Source of the DNA: Naegleria gruberi
Taxonomy: Eukaryota
Assembly: GCA_000004985.1 (NCBI GenBank)
Contig: GG738853.1
Reading direction: 5' to 3' (one strand)
Length of the DNA stretch: 64,000 nt
This document shows, in pieces, positions 55,101 through 64,000 of the stretch; position 1 is the first letter of the stretch, and each line of letters begins with the position of its first letter. The translations under genes were made by a program, and so were the position numbers. The notes under the pieces were generated by a model. That model saw nothing but the letters and a program-made list of their open reading frames with translations, ran no database searches and was not told where the DNA came from.

Positions 55101-56065
55101 AATATCCATTTGATTCACATTTCCACTTTATGGCTACCAGACAAGCTGAGAGCAAAATTGTAAGAGATGAACAAAGGGATATTGTACTCAATGAGAATGA
55201 AATGATGTTCAGACTCTTACCATCTCAAAGAGTATCATTCTACCAAAAAATTATTAGTAATGTTAGTCAAAATATTTCAGTCTCAGATCCATTTGCCAAG
55301 GACAAGACACAATCAGGATTTTCTTATTTGGAAGGTTTTTCAGTTCTGCAAGCCATTGCTCTTCAAACTTCTCTCAAATGTACTACTCCTTATTCTGTAA
55401 ATTTGGAAGAAGTATCAATTGATTCCTCTGATAAGTTTATGTGTATGACTTCAACTGATTATACCTCTACTCTCTATGCAAACTCTTACAAGACCTATCT
55501 TGAAGATAAGGATGAACATAGTTCTTGTTTTGTAATTGTTCCAAGAGAGATTGGAAAGAATGTTCCTGTTGGAAATATTCGTATTGCACTTAAAAGAGCT
55601 GAACCAATTAATATTGATGAGATTGATCCAATACTTGTAGAGAAATTTAATTTAGCGAGAATTGAATATTCAACTCAACTTCCTCCTCTCAATATTATTG
55701 ATCCAGGTGTTACAGTAAGCTTTTGCTCACCTTTCGAAGCTTTTGTTGGTACTTCTATCAAATGTAGTTTAATTGTTGAGAACAATACACCACAAGTACA
55801 ACAAGTTCAATTATTCGTATCAGAAAATCCAACCTATCAACCATTCTTCTACTCTGGTACTACCAATTTGAGATTTTCTATTTTACCTTATCAAAGTAGA
55901 GAATTGGTTTATAATTTTGTTCCTATCATGACAGGATTAATTGAATTCCCAAAGTTTTCATTAGGAAATTTGAAAAAACAAGTTCACATCCTCAATGATG
56001 ATGAGAAATGGACAATCTACATTCATGAAAAGAATACATTGCCTGAAACTTTTAACATGCAATAA
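52130..56065 (+). CDS. TRAPPC11: Trafficking protein particle complex subunit 11 (TRAPPC11/Foie-gras/Gryzun), 3 exons: 52130..54020, 54066..54776, 54822..56065, about 1281 aa
   Basis: KRGWFKKHQELIPSVCVIIVHW...KNTKFVAIIVTKKSTP (compare TRAPPC11 [22 protein letters not shown]...RNTKVAVVLIQKKTP); NPGFYYQAAATHAKYRK (compare NPGFYYQQAAYYAQERK); and the C-terminal Gryzun region LVYNFVPIMTGLIEFPKFSLGNL (compare LYNFYPLMAGYQQLPSLNI). Two 45-nt introns (T|GTAAGT...cacag; A|GTAAGT...gtaaag) link the three ORF-track pieces in phase 1. N-terminal poly-Ser/Asn insert. Confidence 0.8.
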
Positions 56066-56121
56066 ACCATCAATCATTTTGACCTTTAATTTAAAATCAA
56101 AAAAAAAGAAACTGAAAAAGA

Positions 56122-57423
56122 ATGAACACTCATTTCAATGATCTTTCCATTGTTTTTGATCAATCATCATCGGAATGTTTTCATTCAATTGACAATAATC
56201 AATTATTATCATCACCATCCACCACCAACTATGAAATGTTAAAAATCAAGATGAAACAAACAAAATATGAAACATTGGAAAATCAAGTAACAAATCTCTT
56301 TGAACAAAAAGAAATTGTCAAACAATTTTGGAAATTGGAAAGAGAATTTAAATATCTATCTCCCAAGGTACCCAATTATCGATCAATTTTATTACAGGTC
56401 ATTAATAGAAGTTCTGGAATGGTATTACAATATGCAACTAATGAATTGAAGAATGATATTCAGGTGGTGACAAGTGCCTTTATGAAAACTGCTCGTTCTA
56501 TTCAATTTGTTTCGAATAAGTATATTGTAATGAAACTTATAAAAGGGACAAGCTATGCTCCACACCGTTTACAATATTTAAGTGAAGAAATGGCAAGAGA
56601 TGATGAAATTATTCTTGCACTTATTTCACTTTCAAAAATTGGAACTGAAAAATTTATTGAACAACTAAAATTGGATTTTCACACAAATTTCAGAATTAAT
56701 CCAAATGTAATAATGAAATGTTTTTTACAATGCCATTGGATGATTAAATTTGCAGATGAATCACTAAGGGACAATGAAGAATTCATGCTAAAGGCAATGG
56801 AAACCTATCCTAAAACATTATACTACATTTCAGATAGATTGAAACTAAACAAGTCATTTATTCTCAAAGCTGTTAACACAAATGGAAGAGTTTATAATTT
56901 TCTTTCTCCTGAATTTCAAAATGATACTGAAATTATTTCAACAGCTGTGAAACGAAATGGATTTATTTTTGCCTCAATACCAAGAAAATTTCACTCCAAT
57001 AAGGAAATTTTATTGAGTGCCTTCATTGATGGATGTGACAGATATAATGGAAACAATTTTTACACAGTCAATGGTCAATATCGATTCATTTTTAAACAAG
57101 TTCCAAAGGCACTGAAAAGCGATAGAGAACTTGCATTGTCACTTGTTCAAAGATTTGGATATTCTATTTATTATTTGAGCAGAGATTTGATTAATGACAG
57201 AGAAATTGTGTTAAAAGCCATTGAAAATTGTTATTTCTCTATTATGGTAGTTTACAAACATATCTTTGTGTATAGAGATGATGAAATTATGAAATTGGCA
57301 GCAAGACAATATCAACCATCGTCATCATTATCACTACAACTTGATAGGAAATTAAGACGAGAAATTGAGGATGAAAAATATTCTAAACGATCTTCATTTT
57401 CATGGAACAAGTATCAGTACTAA
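56122..57423 (+). CDS. DUF4116-repeat protein, 433 aa
   Basis: Five or more tandem repeats of about 35 aa of the DUF4116 type (LQYATNELKNDIQVV..., DNEEFMLKAMET..., LNKSFILKAVNTNGRVYNFLSPEFQNDTEIISTAVKRNG..., SNKEILLSAF..., DRELALSLVQRFGYSIYYLSRDLINDREIVLKAIEN). Real ATG at 56122, 56 bp after the TRAPPC11 stop. Confidence 0.65.
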   Translation: MNTHFNDLSIVFDQSSSECFHSIDNNQLLSSPSTTNYEMLKIKMKQTKYETLENQVTNLFEQKEIVKQFWKLEREFKYLSPKVPNYRSILLQVINRSSGMVLQYATNELKNDIQVVTSAFMKTARSIQFVSNKYIVMKLIKGTSYAPHRLQYLSEEMARDDEIILALISLSKIGTEKFIEQLKLDFHTNFRINPNVIMKCFLQCHWMIKFADESLRDNEEFMLKAMETYPKTLYYISDRLKLNKSFILKAVNTNGRVYNFLSPEFQNDTEIISTAVKRNGFIFASIPRKFHSNKEILLSAFIDGCDRYNGNNFYTVNGQYRFIFKQVPKALKSDRELALSLVQRFGYSIYYLSRDLINDREIVLKAIENCYFSIMVVYKHIFVYRDDEIMKLAARQYQPSSSLSLQLDRKLRREIEDEKYSKRSSFSWNKYQY

Positions 57424-57548
57424 GTGAAAATTCGCAATTTATACTTTTTCATAGATTTTTCATAGAGAATGAATCTATGTTATTAATGAGGTAGAAAATC
57501 TCAATAATAAAAAATCCAATTTTTCAATTATTTTTTCTTTAAAAAAAA

Positions 57549-58127
57549 ATGTCAAAACATCGATGGAAATGTGATTTACTTTTGTTATTGTTTATTATTG
57601 TAATTATTGTTATTGGATTGAGTTCAATTCCGATGTGGATTTTTTATTCGAAAGTTGATTCTCAAGCAATGAAAATTCTAAATGATGAAAATTTGTTAAT
57701 TGATGCACTAGTTGAAAATGGAACATTTAATTGTGGAATGGATGTGAATTTATTGGAATATTGCTTTCCACTTGTTAGAATGAATAATTTATTTCCTTTT
57801 CGAATTTCTAATAATTTATTAGAATCTAATTATACCATATTGAGAAGTACTACATTTTACACCTATAAAATACCTCAAAATGGACAATTAATTCAATTAT
57901 ATATTGATAGTAATTCAACGCCTGCAACTTCATTATTTATTACATTTGATAAGAGTGAAAATTTCACAAGTTTACAATTATTTCAAATTTACAATTCTCT
58001 AAAATGGGAAGGAAATGTTTTATTTTTTATTGCATGCATTGCTTGTCTGATTGCATTTGTTGGTTGTTGTGGAGGAAGTGTATGGACTATTTATTATTGT
58101 TGTAATTTGAGAGGTCAATTAAGTTAA
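57549..58127 (+). CDS. Hypothetical membrane protein (192 aa): N-terminal signal anchor and C-terminal TM with a Cys cluster (CCGGSVWTIYYCCN)
   Basis: Real ATG, single exon, and typical local codon usage. No family recognised. Confidence 0.45.
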   Translation: MSKHRWKCDLLLLLFIIVIIVIGLSSIPMWIFYSKVDSQAMKILNDENLLIDALVENGTFNCGMDVNLLEYCFPLVRMNNLFPFRISNNLLESNYTILRSTTFYTYKIPQNGQLIQLYIDSNSTPATSLFITFDKSENFTSLQLFQIYNSLKWEGNVLFFIACIACLIAFVGCCGGSVWTIYYCCNLRGQLS

Positions 58128-58352
58128 TATTGATTTAATGAGTTTGATTATACTTTGAAAATCCAGTGGAAGTTTCCGTTCAAGAAGATCAAAATTCTTG
58201 ACAGACCTTGTAGCTATTTCAAGTCGAATGTGATCGATACAGATGATAATTATCAATTTTATTAAGGAATGGTTGACAACTCTTTAACAGAAAATAAATA
58301 ATTAGTAAGCTAGGACCTTAGTGCTTCATATTTTTTGATCATCTTTCAAGAA

Positions 58353-58423
58353 GCATTAGTAGTGTAACGGTATCATACCAGCCTTCCAAGCTGGTGACCC
58401 GGGTTCGACTCCCGGCTAATGCA
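58353..58423 (+). tRNA. tRNA-Gly(UCC): tRNA-Gly (anticodon UCC), 71 nt
   Basis: GCATTAGTAGTGTAACGGTATCATACCAGCCTTCCAAGCTGGTGACCCGGGTTCGACTCCCGGCTAATGCA. Anticodon loop CTTCCAA. Close to canonical eukaryotic tRNA-Gly-UCC. T-run at 58431-58434. Confidence 0.85.
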
Positions 58424-58616
58424 ATTCAATTTTACAGTTGATAGAAATAAGTTTTTCTCTTTTTTCATTAATTAAAACCTTAAACAGCAGTTCAAAATGA
58501 AATTAATAAAGTGCAAATTGAATAAATTGCTATTATTTGATCCTTTGAAAATTGTAACTGCTCAGAACCACTTGTAGATTCCAAAGTTCATTAAATAATT
58601 AACAGAATTGACTTGT

Positions 58617-58652
58617 TGAGATTTCTTGTTCTCTAACCAACAAGAAATCTCA
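58617..58652. repeat. Perfect 14-bp inverted repeat / hairpin (TGAGATTTCTTGTT - 8-nt loop - AACAAGAAATCTCA) midway between the convergent tRNA-Gly genes
   Basis: Read directly from the sequence. The stem has 14/14 complementarity. Confidence 0.6.
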
Positions 58653-59027
58653 GCTACTTAATCTTCACAAAAGAAGAATAAGAAGAATAAGAAAATTATG
58701 AAGGAATTTGTGAGAAAAAACATGTAAACAAATGGTTTCATCTATTGACGAGGATGAGTATGAACAATATTCAATCAATTCTAAATTCTAAATATTTAAT
58801 AAATTGTTTAACGAAATGGATTGATTGTCTGTTGATGGTTTTTGGAGTGCATGAGAGGATTTACACCAGCTGAGCTCTATCTATCTCTTGGATTATTAAG
58901 GCGAGGAATCTACTAACCAATACCCTCAGAAATGGTTTCCAACAACTTGTAAAAAGCACTAATCAATCTTCAAGAAACGGTGCCATTCTTAAAGACATGT
59001 TGATATCAGCTAAACTAAAATTGAATT

Positions 59028-59098
59028 GCATTAGCCGGGAGTCGAACCCGGGTCACCAGCTTGGAAGGCTGGTATGATACCGTTACACTACTAATGCT
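59028..59098 (-). tRNA. tRNA-Gly(UCC): tRNA-Gly (anticodon UCC), inverted identical copy
   Basis: Exact reverse complement of the 58353..58423 gene. About 28 bp of 5' flank (CATATTTTTTGATCATCTT(T/A)CAAGAA) and about 15 bp of 3' flank are duplicated as well. Confidence 0.85.
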
Positions 59099-60229
59099 TC
59101 TTGTAAGATGATCAAAAAATATGAACCACCAAGTGGTAGCCATGATAATTTTCATGGAAACAATTATATTTTTTGGTAATTAATTCGATATCCAATACTT
59201 GAACATAGAAATGCGTATGGAACTAATAATTATAATTAATGTTTCAATAAAATATACTTGCTTCCGTATAACATGTCAGATTCCTTTGTTGTCACAGATC
59301 TAACATGTAAAGAAAGATACAAGCAGAGCTGAAAATTACCTTTTTTGTTGTTCTTTCAAAGCGTACAAATGAAATTGAAACTTCATGGGTGAAAAAATTT
59401 TACTGTTTTGCATTCATTCTTTGTTCTAACAGTAAAGATTCCAATAGGTAAATTAACATGTCAATATTGTTGCAATGTGTTGTTATCACCTGGCATAACA
59501 ATATCTGATATTAAATCCATTCTTATGACCATGTTCGTGATGTAAGCTTCAAATGTCATTGTACAAAATTAATCTTGTCATTCCAATTCCAACCATTGAA
59601 CCATATCATGTAAGTTTTAGTTGATTCACAACCTCCCAAAACGAAAGAAATCTCCAAATAATGTTCCATCGCCATTGACAAAAATAGAGCTATTTCGAAG
59701 AGCTTGAAAGATTACTCTCATACAGTTTCGAATAGGATTGCTGCACAGCAAAACTATTGCACAACAAACTTCTTTGCAAAAAAGTATGACTAATAAGCAC
59801 ACAACCAACAACTCTTCTGATTCTCAATTATTTTCCTCATCAATCCCACCTATTCACTTCATTCCACCTACTACTACTGTCATCATTAATACAACTAATG
59901 TAATAACAAACGCAGCGAATGTGAATAATAATAATATGGTAAATGTTGATTTGCTTCTTTCTAATGAGAGTGCCACCAGAAACATTGGTAATTTAGTTCC
60001 GCATGAATTAAATAATTTTTTTCCAATGTGATGATTAATTATGATGACCAATGGAGTCCAGCCTTGCCAATCACATCTGAAAGCCTTGAAGCATACAGAC
60101 AAATGTAAATGTGTATATTATAGGATGCGTGAGAATATCGTACGCATATGTTTCTGCTTTTTTGAATACTAATAATATTCATCAAATGTTAAATTTCTTC
60201 TCGAGATGATGGAAGATAAAACTCCCTTT

Positions 60230-60405
60230 GTAATATTACTCTCTCAACATGTACTTCTAATAAAGTAAACCAAATTACTTTAAACTCTTCAATGTAGTAG
60301 ATCCCAAACATCTTGTTGTACAACTTTTAATATTACACACTCTCTCAACATGTATTTCTAATAAAGTAAAAAACCAAATTACTTTAAACTCTTCAATGTA
60401 GTAGA
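60230..60405. repeat. Two direct copies of an approximately 73-bp unit (TAATATTAC..CTCTCAACATGTA(C/T)TTCTAATAAAGTAAA..CCAAATTACTTTAAACTCTTCAATGTAGTAGA) about 99 bp apart
   Basis: Seen directly in intergenic DNA. Copies differ by one substitution and a 3-nt indel. Confidence 0.6.
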
Positions 60406-60774
60406 GGTAATAGTTAATTACTGGCATTCAACTTATAGTAGTAGATGAATGGTATTATGATGATACTGGAGAGGGTTAGAATCGGTTAGTAGAGAGAATT
60501 GCATTTTGAATAGATTCTATCAAAAATGATAACATAACATGTTTACATTTTGTTTGAATTTTTTTGTCGTCCCAAAACGTCCTGAAAAATATTTTAATGA
60601 AACGTTTACAATTGAATTTCTGTTCCAATTTGGACTATGTGTTTCCAAATCTATTAATAAAATCATATTGTAAAAATCTAGAATACTGTATTGTAATAGT
60701 ACTCTTAACAAATTCCTTAACTTTCTTTAAATAGAGTGAAATAAAAAGATGAATTAAGATTTTTCTAAAAAAAA

Positions 60775-61432
60775 ATGCTCAACAATTCATCATCAGCATT
60801 GTCATCATTAAATTTATCAAGGCTTCTTTTAATAATAGGATTTGCAAGTTTTTATTGCTTGTTTGTTTATTGTGATTTTCCCGTTGATGTTAAAGAATTA
60901 AATATTAAAAATATATATGCAGATGATTCAGTGGATTGTAACGAATTTGATTATTATTATTTCAATGTTCCGAAGGATTTTAAAGTACAACGATTTTATT
61001 TATCATTCCGTTTTACAAATGATGATGAAGATAAGAGTGATAAACCTGCTCTAGCAATTTATTTTAAAATAGGAAAATTAGCAAATGAAACTGATTATGA
61101 TGCAATGACAAATTCACCTGATATTCCAATTGCTTTTGATAAAATTCCACCTGATACTAATTGTTATTTAACTATTGCAGGTAAAGGAATGTGTAAACAA
61201 GGATTTGAAACTACGAATCATTATTATTTTAAAGGATATTTGGATAAACAAGGACCTATTCCAGAGTAAGTTTTTTTTAATGAGAATTAATGAAAAATTG
61301 AAATGTGAAAGTTGGGCATTATTTGTAATTATTATTGGAGGTTCAATTATACTTTGCATTTCTTTGGTTGCTTGTGTATCTGCCTATAGATATTATCAAT
61401 TTAAGAGAAGACATTATGAAGTTTTGGAATAA
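60775..61432 (+). CDS. Type I membrane protein: signal peptide, about 140-aa ectodomain, single TM, short basic cytoplasmic tail. 2 exons: 60775..61265, 61312..61432, about 203 aa
   Basis: ATG at 60775 (signal-like MLNNSSSALSSLNLSRLLLIIGFASFYCLFVYC). Donor GA|GTAAGT, 46-nt intron, acceptor gtgaaag. This joins to DWALFVIIIGGSIILCISLVACVSAYRYYQFKRRHYEVLE*. Family unknown. Confidence 0.5.
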
Positions 61433-62250
61433 GAATTATTGAAAAATATAATTGAGGATTCTAAATGAGAGCGAGCTGTTGTTTACAAGATGTGATGTTG
61501 TGAAACTAAAAGAGTAAAGTTTATTGACATTAAGCCAACATTATTATTACATACTTTGTTGATCTACCATCAGTTGCAAATTGTAAAAAATCGTAGTGGA
61601 AAATAGTCTGCAGAAACACAAAAAAAAACGAACGTACGAATATATTGATGAACATTCTTACAACACCATCAGTAACGTGGAGATAAATAATAGTTTAAAC
61701 ACCAAACATAAGAAGGGCAATAAGTAAACAACTGGTGGTCCAAAACACCCATTTTTTTATCTGACTAAAGGGGAGATGGATGCAATTAGTAAAGCTGTGG
61801 ATAGTGAAAAGCAGAAGTTGTATCAACAAACAACATTTTAAAATGTAACAACGATAGAAGGATCCACAAGTTTATCAATCATTAAAAGAAATCATCCAAA
61901 TCTCTGTCCTCCCTTTCTTGTTCTTAATCACTATTTTTTTACAAACGAGTTTAGTCTAGACTGCAAAAACCAGACTGCCAATTGGTCACAAAACATTTAA
62001 CAGTATTCTCTCATGAAATTCGAATACATGAATTAAATGAAATGGTTCAGAAAGATATGAATGAAATGATTGATAATGAGAATACTTTGGAAAGCTGAGT
62101 TGATATTTGAATAGTAAATTGAATCAGTTTTCTATCCAAATTTGGAACCTTACATCCAACTATTTTCAGCTTGTCCCAAATGAAAAACAATTCGAAATGG
62201 TTTAAATTAGCACCATCTGGTTGAACTATCCAATCCAACAAAAACAAAAA

Positions 62251-63222
62251 ATGAAAGCAAATCTAATCTTTTCAATTGCAATTCTACTCTTGCTTGCAAT
62301 CCTCTCAGTTCAAGCAAGTGATAGCTATCAAACTAAACCTCCAGTTGTCGTAGTTGACAAGTATCACAAGCCAAAGGTTTGTAAGAGAAAATGCTTAAAG
62401 CATAAGTGGATTAAGAAGTGTTTGAAACATAAACTCGTTGGTCAAAAGAAGGTCTGTGATCAATATGCAATTGTCGGTGCTGGCAAATGTCTCAAACATA
62501 AGAAATATTCCAAATGTGACAAGTACAGTAAGCCAACAAAGAAGTGTGTCTTGCATGCATACAAGATTGTTGGATGTGCCAAGAAGAAGTACTGGAAAGT
62601 TTGCGATTCTTATGGAACTAAGAAGATTTGCATCAAGAAGGGTTTCAAGAAGTTCTGTGCCAAGTACAAGATTATCAACAAGTGTTTCAAGAAGGGTTTC
62701 AAGAAGGTCTGTAAGAAATTCAAGAAGGTTCCAATCAAGAAGTGTGAAAAGAAGAAGATCTGTGACAAGTACACTGTTGATTCTTACAATAAGAAGGTTG
62801 CCAAATGTAGATATGTTAAAAAGTGCAAGATTGTCTCCTGGGCAAAGAAATGTGCCAAGTATAAGAAGGTTAAATACTGTAAGGAAAGAAAATCTTTCAA
62901 GAAGTGTTGTCTCATTAAGAAGAAATTCTTCTGTGCCAAGCATAAGACCATCAAGTTCTGTAAACACAAGAAGACTCTCTCCAAATGTGTCAAATATAAC
63001 AAGAAGAAGTATTGTGCCAAGTCAATTGTCATTCCACCAAGATGTATCAAGAAGAAGTATTATAAGAAGTGTGTGAAACGTTCAAAGGGAAAGAAGATTT
63101 GTAAGAAATTCAAATTAGTTGGTGGAAAGAAGAAGTGTTGCAAGTCAATTAAGAAGAAGATTTGTATCAAGAGAAAGACATGTAAGAAGCCAACAAAACC
63201 AATCGTCAAACCATCCTTGTAA
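62251..63222 (+). CDS. Secreted Lys/Cys-rich low-complexity protein, paralog B (323 aa)
   Basis: ATG at 62251 (MKANLIFSIAILLLLAILSVQA). The ORF-track start at 62221 is a TTG. About 94% nt identity to the complement(1937..2875) gene, including about 100 bp of promoter (TTCGAAA(T)GGTTTAAATT...CAACAAAA(A)CA(G)AAAAATG). The C-terminus differs (KKPTKPIVKPSL* against KKL*). Confidence 0.75.
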   Translation: MKANLIFSIAILLLLAILSVQASDSYQTKPPVVVVDKYHKPKVCKRKCLKHKWIKKCLKHKLVGQKKVCDQYAIVGAGKCLKHKKYSKCDKYSKPTKKCVLHAYKIVGCAKKKYWKVCDSYGTKKICIKKGFKKFCAKYKIINKCFKKGFKKVCKKFKKVPIKKCEKKKICDKYTVDSYNKKVAKCRYVKKCKIVSWAKKCAKYKKVKYCKERKSFKKCCLIKKKFFCAKHKTIKFCKHKKTLSKCVKYNKKKYCAKSIVIPPRCIKKKYYKKCVKRSKGKKICKKFKLVGGKKKCCKSIKKKICIKRKTCKKPTKPIVKPSL

Positions 63223-63312
63223 AATAGTTGACAAATTTTTCTCTAATTACCTGTAAAATAACAAGAGAATTAATAAAGTATTGAACTTTAACAAAATTCA
63301 ATGCAAAATATC

Positions 63313-63384
63313 CTCCCATGCCGGGAATTGAACCCGGACCTCCTGGGTGAAAGCCAGGTATCCTAGCCATTGGACTACACGGGA
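63313..63384 (-). tRNA. tRNA-Glu(UUC): tRNA-Glu (anticodon UUC), 72 nt
   Basis: Reverse complement TCCCGTGTAGTCCAATGGCTAGGATACCTGGCTTTCACCCAGGAGGTCCGGGTTCAATTCCCGGCATGGGAG. A 7-bp acceptor stem (one G-U pair), anticodon loop CTTTCAC, and a T stem-loop CCGGG-TTCAATT-CCCGG. Confidence 0.85.
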
Positions 63385-63837
63385 TCTCATTCATGATGAA
63401 AACATTCCCATTTCATAGATAAAACACACAAATTGACCATAATCTGTTGGCACTTGCAGTGAACAACCACTCCCAGTTGCCATCAAGACTGGTTGTAGTT
63501 TCCACTTGATTTTAAATCTTGTTCTCTTAGTATTTACGTTGTACATCGGAGCCTTCATACACGCTCTTTATGTTATTTTAATGAAGGATTAAATAAATTG
63601 ATTTTATTAACATCTAGACTTGTCCCTAGTTGTAAAATGATATACGAGTTAGGCATAGGGCAAGGTTGTGAACATTGTTATGTCCGTGATGATTCGGTCC
63701 TTTTTATTAGATCCGTCATCAAAATAACCATGTCAATAACCATCTTTTTGACATGTTCAAGTTGTTGGTTGGTTACAAACACACACTCATTTAGTCAGTT
63801 TTCAGCAATCAATGAAAAACTATCATCTTTAAAAAAA

Positions 63838-64000
63838 ATGAAAGATAATACTTGGTTCACAACAAGTCTTATCATTCAACTCTTTATATTGTTATTAATA
63901 TGTGTCAGTAGTAGTGATGTAATAACATCAGTCAATGGTCAAACAATTCAAGATGATATTTATATTGTTCCAATTCCAAAAGTAGTAACACCTGAATATG
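63838..64000 (+). CDS. 5' end of a gene encoding a secreted protein (signal-peptide-like MKDNTWFTTSLIIQLFILLLICVSSS...), continuing beyond the window
   Basis: ATG at 63838 with an open frame to the window end and a hydrophobic N-terminus. Too short to classify. Confidence 0.3.
   Translation, partial: MKDNTWFTTSLIIQLFILLLICVSSSDVITSVNGQTIQDDIYIVPIPKVVTPEY

Noticed and set aside
59738-60031. Thr/Asn-rich 97-aa ORF (with overlapping minus ORFs 59626..59811 and 59854..60102)
   Set aside because: The listed start is TTG, the product is pure low complexity, and the competing overlapping ORFs suggest AT-rich noise. A real lineage-specific low-complexity protein cannot be excluded.
1-64000. Prokaryote-type systems (CRISPR arrays, restriction-modification, toxin-antitoxin, defence islands, integrons)
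   Set aside because: The window is eukaryotic. It has spliceosomal introns, cloverleaf nuclear tRNAs, 5S rRNA, and cytoskeletal, trafficking and chaperonin genes. There are no direct-repeat/spacer arrays and no bacterial operon structure.
1-64000. Transposable elements or retroelements (RT, integrase, transposase ORFs, LTRs)
   Set aside because: No ORF encodes recognisable RT, RNase H, integrase or DDE motifs. The only repeats are the tRNA, 5S and Lys/Cys-gene duplications and a 73-bp direct repeat. tRNA-proximal regions were checked specifically because tRNA genes are common retroelement targets in amoebae.

Overview
This window is eukaryotic nuclear DNA, not prokaryotic. It is AT-rich (roughly 65-70% AT), with poly-N/Q/T low-complexity coding tracts and many very short spliceosomal introns (39-65 nt, GTAAGT/GTATGT...AG), plus a few about 190-200 nt. 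The gene set (long-tailed myosin I with a C-terminal SH3, clathrin light chain, CCT subunits, TRAPPC11, CNOT11) looks like an amoebozoan or dictyostelid-like protist. Many ORF-track entries begin with TTG or GTG, so I re-derived true ATG starts and exon-intron structures by hand. Coordinates are carried from the 60-nt line blocks and may be off by +/-1.

The window is gene-dense on both strands. Protein genes found:
- a DUF924 C-terminal fragment
- glycerol kinase (5 exons)
- an ABCB half-transporter (5 exons)
- long-tailed myosin I (5 exons, including a 10-codon first exon)
- a site-2 protease (M50)
- CCT delta and CCT eta, each with a short first exon
- phosphomannomutase and ALG11
- TRAPPC11 (3 exons)
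- an NAA25/Mdm20-like NatB subunit and a CNOT11-like protein
- a SNF1/AMPK-related kinase next to an Snf4-like 4xCBS protein and a short prohibitin-like SPFH protein
- clathrin light chain, an F-box/RNI-type LRR protein, a BTB/T1 protein, a Kelch protein and a pfkB sugar kinase
- an IF1-like ATPase inhibitor and a DUF4116-repeat protein
- an EGF-repeat multi-pass membrane protein and several uncharacterised membrane or secreted proteins
- two near-identical Lys/Cys-rich secreted protein genes in inverted orientation at the two window ends

RNA genes:
- tRNA-Lys(CUU) x2 (identical direct copies)
- tRNA-Leu(CAA)
- tRNA-Pro(UGG)
- tRNA-Gly(UCC) x2 (convergent inverted copies)
- tRNA-Glu(UUC), plus a decayed copy with a 6-nt T-arm deletion
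- an initiator-Met-like tRNA with a D-loop deletion
- two identical dispersed 5S rRNA genes, each about 210 bp from a tRNA gene

No CRISPR array, no recognisable transposon or retroelement ORFs, and no prokaryote-style defence or secretion system is present. The points of interest are genome-architecture features: Pol III islands with decaying tRNAs, tRNA-bracketed cassettes, a 60-kb-apart inverted paralog pair, convergent CDS overlaps, an AMPK-module cluster, and intron-containing small genes missed by the ORF track.
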